Assembly: GCA_045586565.1 (NCBI GenBank)
Contig: JAZNAO010000006.1
Coordinates: forward strand, 1,457-65,456
Source: Candidatus Enterousia sp.
Lineage (GTDB): Bacteria > Pseudomonadota > Alphaproteobacteria > Rs-D84
Direction of reading: 5' to 3'
Length of the DNA stretch: 64,000 nt
This document shows positions 57,115 through 64,000 of this stretch, in pieces (the stretch's first letter is position 1; each line of letters starts with the position of its first letter). The position numbers and the translations under genes were made by a program. Under the pieces are notes generated by a model. It was not told the origin of the DNA, searched no databases, and worked only from the letters and a program-made list of their open reading frames with translations.

Positions 57115-59847
57115 ATGTCAGAAAATATCAATGAAGTAAATGAAATTCGCGTTCCACAGTCATCGTTGGAACACGAAATGCGTACCAGTTTCTTGGACTA
57201 TGCGATGTCGGTTATTGTTGATCGTGCGTTGCCCGATGTTCGCGACGGGTGCAAACCTGTACACCGCAGAATTCTGTACGTTATGAACGATGTTGCGCCT
57301 GCGACCAAACCAACGGTTAAATCGGCGCGTATTGTCGGTGATGTTATGGGTAAATACCACCCACACGGGGACAGCTCTATTTACGAAGCCATGGTTCGTA
57401 TGGGCCAAGATTTTTCTATGGGTGAAATGTTGGTCCAGGGCCAGGGTAACTTTGGTTCGCGCGACGGGGACAAGGCGGCCGCCATGCGTTATACAGAAGC
57501 ACGCCTGTCGAAACTGGGTGCGTCTTTGATGGACGATATGGACAAAGATACGGTTGATTGGCAACCGAACTTTGACGGTTCGCTACAAGAACCTGTTGTA
57601 TTGCCAACTAAATTCCCAAATTTCTTGGTAAACGGTGGTTCTGGGATTGCGGTTGGTATGGCAACAAATGTTCCAACATATAACCTGGGCGAAGTTTGCA
57701 ATGGTATCTTGGCGGTGTTGGATAATCGTGATTTGTCGGATGATGAATTGTTTACAATCATCCCCGGGCCTGATTTCCCAACTGGCGCGATGATTATGGG
57801 ACATGCCGGTGCGTACAAGGCACACACAACCGGCCGTGGTTCAATTATCGTTCGTGCAAAGACGCATATCGAAGATTTTCGTGATCACCAGGCAATTATT
57901 GTTGATGAAATTCCATATCAGGTCAACAAGGCCCAGATGATTATTAAAATCGCCGAATTGATTAAAGATAAACGTATCGAAGGTATTTCTGAAATCCGCG
58001 ACGAATCATCCAAAGAAGGCCTGCGTATCGTTATTGAATTAAAGCGCGACGCAATTGCGGATGTTGTCTTGAATCATCTGTTCCAGTATACAGAAATGCA
58101 GACAAATTTCCCTGTAAACATGATGGCGTTGAACCGTGGTCGTCCAATGCTGTTTAATGTTCGTGGGGTGCTGGACGCGTTTATTGAATTCCGTGCCGAA
58201 GTTATTCGTCGTCGCACAATATTTGATTTGAACAAGGCGCGCAATCGTGCACATACATTGTTGGGATTGTCTGTGGCGGTTGGAAATCTGGACGAAGTTA
58301 TTGAATTGATTAAATCCAGTCCAAATCCAGAAGCCGCCCGCGAAGCCTTGATTTCACGTGGTTGGCGCGCATCTGATATTGAATCCTATATTCAATTGAT
58401 TGACGATCCAAATACAGAATACAAAGATGGCATGTTCTATATGTCCGAAGACCAGGCCCGTGCAATCTTGGAATTGCAATTGCATCGTTTGACCGGTCTG
58501 GAACGCGATAAAATCCATGACGATTTGACGGCGTTGGGTGCGACAATCAAAGACCTGCTGGAAATCTTGGGCAGTCACGAACGCATTATCCAAATTATTC
58601 GTGAAGAAACAATTTCTGTTCGCGACAATTGGGCATCCCCACGTCGTACAGAAATTTCTGATGCAGAAATCGATATCGATATCGAAGATTTGATTGCACG
58701 TGAAGATATGGTGGTGACTGTCACTAATACAGGATATATCAAACGTGTTGCATTGGATACATACCGTGCCCAAAAACGCGGTGGCAAAGGCCGCAATGCC
58801 ATGGCAACCAAAGAAGACGACTATGTGGTTCAGGTGTTTGTTGCAAATACCCATACACCGTTGTTGTTCTTTAGTTCCAAGGGCCTGTGCTATAAATTAA
58901 AAACATACAAATTACCCGAAGCGGCCGCCGCGGCCAAGGGACGTCCATTGGTAAATCTGTTGCCATTGGCCCAGGGCGAAACAATAACCGCAATCTTGCC
59001 GGTACCCGAAGAAGACGTTGCACGTGTTGCAGAATCTGGGGTTGAACATTTCTTGATGTTTGCAACGGCATCTGGAACGGTACGTCGCAATCGTATGTCT
59101 GATTTTGATTCTATCCGTGCAAACGGGAAAATCGCAATGAAATTGGATGACGGCGACAGTTTGATTTCTGTTTTGCCATGTAATGAAAACCAAGACGTGT
59201 TCTTGGCGACATATCGTGGTCGCGCAATTCGATTCCCTGTGCCAGAAATCCGTGTGTTTGCCGGCCGTAATTCAACTGGCGTGCGTGGTATCACATTGGG
59301 CAAGGATGACAGAATCATCGGTATGGCAATGTTAAACCGTGGTGAATCTGATTCTGCGGTGCGTGCGGCTTATATCAAGCAGTCACGCGCGGCACGTCGC
59401 GCCGAAACAGGCATCGAAGAAGAAGCAGATGCGGATGAAGAAGTAACAACACTGGTTCTGGACGATGCAAAAATGGCCCAAATGGCGGCCCGCGAAGAAT
59501 TCATTTTAACAATTTCTGAAAATGGATTTGGTAAACGCACCAGTTCGTATGAATATCGTCTGACCCATCGTGGTGGTGGTGGATTTACAAACATTAAACT
59601 GGGTGGTAAAAATACAGCGGTTGCGGGTTCTTTCCCTGTGACAAACGACCAAGATATTATCATGGTGACAGACGGTGGAAAAATTATTCGTACACCGGTC
59701 GCAGATGTTCGTATCGCAGGACGTTCAACCGCAGGTGTTACATTGTTCCGCACTGCAGAAAATGAAAAGGTTGTGTCTGCAATTTCTATCGAAGGCGCGT
59801 CTGACGAAGAAGAAATTGTCGCAGAATCAGAAAACGTCGCAGAATAA
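57115..59847 (+). CDS. gyrA: DNA gyrase subunit A.
   Basis: Catalytic Tyr region ...[10 protein letters not shown]...; QRDR-like [16 protein letters not shown]; C-terminal beta-pinwheel repeats. 910 aa. Confidence 0.95.
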   Translation: MSENINEVNEIRVPQSSLEHEMRTSFLDYAMSVIVDRALPDVRDGCKPVHRRILYVMNDVAPATKPTVKSARIVGDVMGKYHPHGDSSIYEAMVRMGQDFSMGEMLVQGQGNFGSRDGDKAAAMRYTEARLSKLGASLMDDMDKDTVDWQPNFDGSLQEPVVLPTKFPNFLVNGGSGIAVGMATNVPTYNLGEVCNGILAVLDNRDLSDDELFTIIPGPDFPTGAMIMGHAGAYKAHTTGRGSIIVRAKTHIEDFRDHQAIIVDEIPYQVNKAQMIIKIAELIKDKRIEGISEIRDESSKEGLRIVIELKRDAIADVVLNHLFQYTEMQTNFPVNMMALNRGRPMLFNVRGVLDAFIEFRAEVIRRRTIFDLNKARNRAHTLLGLSVAVGNLDEVIELIKSSPNPEAAREALISRGWRASDIESYIQLIDDPNTEYKDGMFYMSEDQARAILELQLHRLTGLERDKIHDDLTALGATIKDLLEILGSHERIIQIIREETISVRDNWASPRRTEISDAEIDIDIEDLIAREDMVVTVTNTGYIKRVALDTYRAQKRGGKGRNAMATKEDDYVVQVFVANTHTPLLFFSSKGLCYKLKTYKLPEAAAAAKGRPLVNLLPLAQGETITAILPVPEEDVARVAESGVEHFLMFATASGTVRRNRMSDFDSIRANGKIAMKLDDGDSLISVLPCNENQDVFLATYRGRAIRFPVPEIRVFAGRNSTGVRGITLGKDDRIIGMAMLNRGESDSAVRAAYIKQSRAARRAETGIEEEADADEEVTTLVLDDAKMAQMAAREEFILTISENGFGKRTSSYEYRLTHRGGGGFTNIKLGGKNTAVAGSFPVTNDQDIIMVTDGGKIIRTPVADVRIAGRSTAGVTLFRTAENEKVVSAISIEGASDEEEIVAESENVAE

Positions 59848-59862
59848 TAACGGGGTGCCGGC

Positions 59863-60240
59863 ATGGAAAACAATGAATACTTTGCATCGATAAATGAAGT
59901 ATCCAAGCGGTTAAACGTGCCGGCGCATACCTTGCGATATTGGGAAAAACAATTCCCGGTTGCGATTCGACCAACAACAGGTTCGGGTGGGCGTCGATAC
60001 TATCGCACAGATACGGTTGAAAAACTAATCGTTATCAAAGACTTATTATACACGCATGGTTTGACGATTGCGGGGGTAAAGAAATTGTTGCGTGATGGTA
60101 ATTTGCCAACAAATGCAGATGAATTGTTGGCATCTAATTCATCGGTTACGGTTGTGCCATCGCCACGTCCATCGGCTGATGTGTCTGAGATTGACAATGC
60201 AATAAGGTTATTGGAAAACGCGCGTGATTTATTGAAATAA
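59863..60240 (+). CDS. MerR-family transcriptional regulator.
   Basis: N-terminal HTH (INEVSKRLNVPAHTLRYWEKQF) and C-terminal coiled-coil; 125 aa. Begins 16 nt after the gyrA stop. Confidence 0.6.
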   Translation: MENNEYFASINEVSKRLNVPAHTLRYWEKQFPVAIRPTTGSGGRRYYRTDTVEKLIVIKDLLYTHGLTIAGVKKLLRDGNLPTNADELLASNSSVTVVPSPRPSADVSEIDNAIRLLENARDLLK

Positions 60241-60262
60241 AACGCCACCAATTGGCGGCATT

Positions 60263-60868
60263 TTACTTTTGTTTTATGTTACGAAGCATGCGCCAATCCA
60301 TACATAATTTATTCCAATTAGATTTGATTCGTTGAATTTTTGGAACACGGATTATAGAATCTAATTTGTTGCAATCGTGTTTCACGTTGTCAAAATGTAT
60401 TTGTGCATGTTGTGCGCATCTGTCAGCTCTTATCATATCTGGGTGATTGTTTACATATTGACGGCGTAATGAATCTTCGCGCAGTGCCATTGCATCATGC
60501 AATTTATCACGTTGGTTGCATATTTCATAGTATTGTTCTGGGGAATATTTATCGCCATTTTTTATCTTTGAATCCAGCGTTATCGCCTGATTCAACATTT
60601 CTAAATATTCTTTATCTGTATACAGGTTTGTTGCGCCATAACTAAAATCATTTAGTTCTGTATACACAACTGATTGATGTTCTTGGGCGTCTTGCAATGC
60701 ATGTTTTGCGGATTCTAAATCTTTGTGATTATATAATCCCATGGTATCGTATCGTGCAATCATGCTGGCCAACAATGCCAGTGTTGCAATTGCATAAACT
60801 GCCACCGTTCCGCCTGTGATATACAATAAATCTTTCTTTGTAATCAGCGGGTTATCAGTTTTGTTCAT
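60263..60868 (-). CDS. Hypothetical single-pass membrane protein.
   Basis: One transmembrane segment (LLYITGGTVAVYAIATLALLASMI), then a polar, helical domain. Confidence 0.4.
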   Translation of the reverse strand: MNKTDNPLITKKDLLYITGGTVAVYAIATLALLASMIARYDTMGLYNHKDLESAKHALQDAQEHQSVVYTELNDFSYGATNLYTDKEYLEMLNQAITLDSKIKNGDKYSPEQYYEICNQRDKLHDAMALREDSLRRQYVNNHPDMIRADRCAQHAQIHFDNVKHDCNKLDSIIRVPKIQRIKSNWNKLCMDWRMLRNIKQK

Positions 60869-60883
60869 TTTCTTCTCTCCTTA

Positions 60884-61501
60884 TTATCTAATGTGCTGCA
60901 TAATGTGAATATGTTTCATATTCAACAACGAATCAATCTGTCTCTGGTATTGTTGAATTGTGTCGATTATATCGCCACGCACATCGGAAACAGTTTTGTT
61001 TTTGTTATTATTTATGTTTTGTATTTGTTGTTGTAAATTTTTGATTCGTTTTGTGTTTAGTTTAAATTGTTTATGTGCGCGTCGTACTGCGGGCACGTTT
61101 GCATATTCGTTGAACACGGTTTCATTTTTGCGTGCAACACAAAATGTTGAACTTTTTGTTGCGGCATCATATGCCTGTGATATCAATTTTTCATTTAAGT
61201 TTTCTAAACTGTCTATCTTTGTGTGTGTTACAGATTTGTGCGTATACAGCGGATTTAGTTCCCAGATTTTTTCATCGCTTTGATTTAAAATATGGCGCAA
61301 ACTGTCCACAGATTTGTGTGCATTTTGAATTTGAGAATCAATATTTGTTGTATTGATTGCCTGTATTGATTTCTTTAATGGTACAGGTTGCTTGTTTTGC
61401 TCCCCTGAAATTTTTGCCAGAAATATACATGCAGTTATCACCACAGCACATATTGTCCCAGGAAGCATGTTTTTTAAAATTTGTTTTGCATTGTCGTCCA
61501 T
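60884..61501 (-). CDS. Hypothetical single-pass membrane coiled-coil protein.
   Basis: One transmembrane segment (LPGTICAVVITACIFLA), then a Q/N-rich coiled-coil. Confidence 0.4.
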   Translation of the reverse strand: MDDNAKQILKNMLPGTICAVVITACIFLAKISGEQNKQPVPLKKSIQAINTTNIDSQIQNAHKSVDSLRHILNQSDEKIWELNPLYTHKSVTHTKIDSLENLNEKLISQAYDAATKSSTFCVARKNETVFNEYANVPAVRRAHKQFKLNTKRIKNLQQQIQNINNNKNKTVSDVRGDIIDTIQQYQRQIDSLLNMKHIHIMQHIR

Positions 61502-61554
61502 AATATTACTCTTTTGTTATATGTACATTCTCTACTCGCTGCAAAACACAGAAC

Positions 61555-61629
61555 TGGCACTCCCAACGGGAATCGAACCCGTGTTACCAGAATGAGAATC
61601 TGATGTCCTAACCGCTAGACGATGGGAGC
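61555..61629 (-). tRNA. tRNA-Glu (anticodon read as CUC).
   Basis: The reverse complement, GCTCCCATCGTCTAGCGGTTAGGACATCAGATTCTCATTCTGGTAACACGGGTTCGATTCCCGTTGGGAGTGCCA, folds as a cloverleaf. Acceptor 7 bp, D arm GUCU/GGAC, anticodon stem UCAGA/UCUGG, loop UUCUCAU, T arm CGGGUUCGAUUCCCG, encoded CCA. Architecture matches bacterial tRNA-Glu. Confidence 0.8.
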
Positions 61630-61718
61630 GTTCCAACATTTATACCATAATTACCAATTATTGCAAATGAAAGTTTTCCTTGCGCCTGGCTTTTTAATTT
61701 TTTAGCATAACAATTGTC

Positions 61719-62465
61719 ATGGCAGGTTCACTACGTCGATTTTTTACAAATGTTATTTGCGGGTGTATAACAAACAAAGACGCGCGCAAGCGTGTGCGTG
61801 TTGTATTGAATTCTGATATGATATCCAATATTCGGTTTATGCGTAAAAATACCGGATTACCTATAAAAAAGATAAAAACATTTATCGGATACCAGGCGCG
61901 CAATTTACTGGTCAGCATAAACGATAAATATATTTTCAAATTTCCGTTGCGACGCAGTGATTCTGATGAACTGGCGTTGCGTGAATCTCGAATTGTATCT
62001 GCATTGGCGCCATTGTCACCGACATATGTTCCGCCGGTTGATATATTTACCCATCGTGGACGTATTGTTCGGCGTTATGAGTTTATTCAAGGAACACAAT
62101 TGCGTAAAATGCCACTGGATATGGCATTGGCAAATATTGATAAATTGGCGCCCCAGGTCGCGCGCTTTATGTTTGAAATTGGTCGTGCTGATCCGGCCGA
62201 AATTCGTGATTTAAAGCCATGTCCGCGTGCGCGTCCGAAATATATGCACGGTTGGTCCCAGGGCGATATCTGTGATAATTTTATTATTGATATGGATACG
62301 ATGAAAATAGTTGCCTTTATTGATTGGGAAGACTGTGCGTTTGGTGATTTTTCACGATTATTTAAGGCCGATAAACGTTCGCCGAACATAGAACTGATGA
62401 ACGCGGTCAAGGTTGAATATGATAAACTGTATAATGCTGCATATCCAAAACGTGGGGGAAAATAA
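61719..62465 (+). CDS. Small kinase-like protein (APH / Kdo-LPS kinase-like fold), paralog a.
   Basis: Brenner-type motif GWSQGDICDNFIID followed by IDWEDCAFGD. 248 aa; N-terminus shared with paralog b. Confidence 0.45.
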   Translation: MAGSLRRFFTNVICGCITNKDARKRVRVVLNSDMISNIRFMRKNTGLPIKKIKTFIGYQARNLLVSINDKYIFKFPLRRSDSDELALRESRIVSALAPLSPTYVPPVDIFTHRGRIVRRYEFIQGTQLRKMPLDMALANIDKLAPQVARFMFEIGRADPAEIRDLKPCPRARPKYMHGWSQGDICDNFIIDMDTMKIVAFIDWEDCAFGDFSRLFKADKRSPNIELMNAVKVEYDKLYNAAYPKRGGK

Positions 62466-62468
62466 AAA

Positions 62469-63212
62469 ATGAGTCTGCGACATACACTGGTAAATATCGT
62501 TTGTGGTTTTGTGCCAGGCAAAAAAGCGCGCACGCGTGTTCGTGTGTTTTTAATGTATCCTGTGGCATTTTCATATGTAAAATATGTAAAACAATGGGCG
62601 CGTGAAAATTGTGGTGGGGTGCAAAGTTTATCAATGGCGTTTGGTGTTGGATGTCGCAATCTGGTTGTTGTGTTAAATAAAGAACATGTATTTAAATTTT
62701 TATTGGTTAAACGTGAAAATCCGGCCCTGCGGGAAGAACGTGTTGTAAACGCGTTGCGCCGTGTGTCGCCATTGATATCGCCCAAAATGGAAGTTATAAA
62801 TTGGAACGGGGTTTTGGTGCGTCATTATGATTTTGTGCATGGAAAATTGTTGTGCGATTTTGCGCCGTCTGAAATTTATGCCCACCAAGAAAAAATCGCA
62901 AAACAATTGGCAGAATTTATGTATAAAATTGGTTGTGCCGATCCAGCCGAAATTCGTGATTTGAAACCAGACCCCAATGTGGCTCCAGGATATATGTACG
63001 GTTGGTTTCATAATGATATTGGTAATAACTGTATGTTGGACGATGATATGAATATTGTTGGATTTATCGATTGTGACAAGACGGCATTTTGTGATTTTCG
63101 TACCAGTTTAACATACGCCAATCATCATTGGGATAAACACGGATTTAAGGGGCTGATGGTTCACACATTGTATGAATATTCAAAATTGTACTTTGCACAT
63201 AATAAAAAATAA
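62469..63212 (+). CDS. Small kinase-like protein, paralog b.
   Basis: GWFHNDIGNNCMLD ... IDCDKTAFCD. The N-terminus VNIVCGFVPGKKARTRVRVFL parallels paralog a. Confidence 0.45.
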   Translation: MSLRHTLVNIVCGFVPGKKARTRVRVFLMYPVAFSYVKYVKQWARENCGGVQSLSMAFGVGCRNLVVVLNKEHVFKFLLVKRENPALREERVVNALRRVSPLISPKMEVINWNGVLVRHYDFVHGKLLCDFAPSEIYAHQEKIAKQLAEFMYKIGCADPAEIRDLKPDPNVAPGYMYGWFHNDIGNNCMLDDDMNIVGFIDCDKTAFCDFRTSLTYANHHWDKHGFKGLMVHTLYEYSKLYFAHNKK

Positions 63213-63235
63213 ACCGGTATTATACCGGTTTTTTA
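63211..63235. terminator. Bidirectional terminator.
   Basis: ACCGGTATTATACCGGT followed by TTTTTT. Confidence 0.65.
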
Positions 63236-63976
63236 CTTAACTTTTTGTGCCTGCCCCATCCATATTATTTTCTGTTTTGGGTTTTCAAAAATTGCAATTG
63301 GCATGTGGTACAGGTTATATCCAGTACCATTACAAAATTCTTTGGTTAATATGGCGTGTTTCGATGCTGCACGATGTAATTGGTTAATTTTACTTAGTAT
63401 TGCATTATTGCCCTGATGTCGCATTTGCCCATCTTGAAAGTCTTGCCCAGTGACGATTTGGTATATATTGGATATATCACAGTAATCAATTTCACCATTG
63501 TCATATTGTTTGAACCATTGGTATTCGGTGTGGTCCAAAACAGGAACTGCTTTTAAATTCATATCTGCCAATTGAAGCAAGAATTTTTGTGGGTTAATGT
63601 ATTCCAGATTGGCCCGCCGGCCATTAATAGAAATAACTTTTGTTTGCAGGTCATCTGTTTTGATATATTTTGGACGATTTGGGTTATAAAAAGTATTTAA
63701 TGTTTCCAGCGTGCAATCCGGAACTTCCAGAATTGCACTTTTGTCCGCGGGTTTATATGGTACGGATCGCAGATTAATCGTTAATGGGTGTGGTAACTCA
63801 AAATCCACCATGTCATAACTTTGAATTACATGTTGTGGTGTACACGTTGTGTATGTCAACTTATTACCACACTGTGTCAGGAATACACATTCCGCCCATC
63901 GATATTTGTTGCGTTCATATTGTCTTCTGTATGTAATATTCACAGGGACTGCCAACAACTTGTGATTTTGCAACAC
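63233..63976 (-). CDS. Hypothetical protein (247 aa).
   Basis: ORF only. Confidence 0.35.
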   Translation of the reverse strand: MLQNHKLLAVPVNITYRRQYERNKYRWAECVFLTQCGNKLTYTTCTPQHVIQSYDMVDFELPHPLTINLRSVPYKPADKSAILEVPDCTLETLNTFYNPNRPKYIKTDDLQTKVISINGRRANLEYINPQKFLLQLADMNLKAVPVLDHTEYQWFKQYDNGEIDYCDISNIYQIVTGQDFQDGQMRHQGNNAILSKINQLHRAASKHAILTKEFCNGTGYNLYHMPIAIFENPKQKIIWMGQAQKVK

Positions 63977-64000
63977 GGTATTATTTAAAGGAATTTTTAA

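Noticed and set aside
1-64000. Antisense or overlapping ORFs inside long genes (for example 577-912, 8521-9051, 11816-12232, 21511-21975, 36004-36576, 58354-58854).
   Set aside because: They lie entirely within well-supported genes on the opposite strand or in another frame. They lack ribosome-binding sites and recognisable domains, and are treated as spurious.
1-64000. Mobile elements, prophage, CRISPR arrays and rRNA operons.
   Set aside because: No transposase, integrase, phage structural gene, direct-repeat/spacer array or rRNA-like sequence was seen. The only repeats are the short palindromic elements and leaders described above.

Overview
A 64 kb, low-GC chromosomal segment that looks like an alphaproteobacterial (Rickettsiales/Holosporales-like) endosymbiont genome, read from sequence alone. 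Housekeeping genes recognised by their motifs: nrdR (5' partial), slt, rmuC, def-fmt, truA, pyrG, skp-like, dnaX, rluD-like, dnaQ, uvrD/pcrA, rpmE, fabZ-lpxD, nusA-infB, mrcA-mraY-ftsW-murG, valS, gyrA and a tRNA-Glu. Several accessory modules sit between them. (1) A paralogous family of signal-peptide-bearing, cysteine-rich proteins with eukaryote-like CxxC...GxY repeats: three small members at 34.4, 53.6 and 55.4 kb, and possibly a 1104-aa internally repetitive giant at 19.1 kb. Each of the three small genes is preceded by a strong sigma70-type promoter and a conserved ~230-270 nt leader. The leader has covarying hairpins and mutually exclusive antiterminator and terminator helices; it looks like a riboswitch or attenuator that I cannot assign to any known class. 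(2) A ~65-80 bp repeat element in five copies (22.6, 22.7, 33.8, 34.0 and 53.2 kb). Its 9-bp hairpin stems differ between copies but always stay complementary. The copies flank the cysteine-rich loci. (3) A type IV pilin/competence-like set: a small prepilin gene translationally coupled to dnaX, three tandem, unusually large (413-452 aa) prepilin-leader proteins, comEC and comF, with no assembly ATPase, platform or peptidase in the window. (4) An array of five paralogous polytopic membrane proteins (four translationally coupled, one divergent) that resembles the tandem VirB6/TrbL arrays of Rickettsiales. Smaller items are a probably inactive IMPase-family protein with its metal-binding motif replaced, tandem small kinase-like paralogs beside tRNA-Glu, and a short GC-rich island in an AT-rich spacer. 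No transposase, integrase, CRISPR array or rRNA gene is visible.
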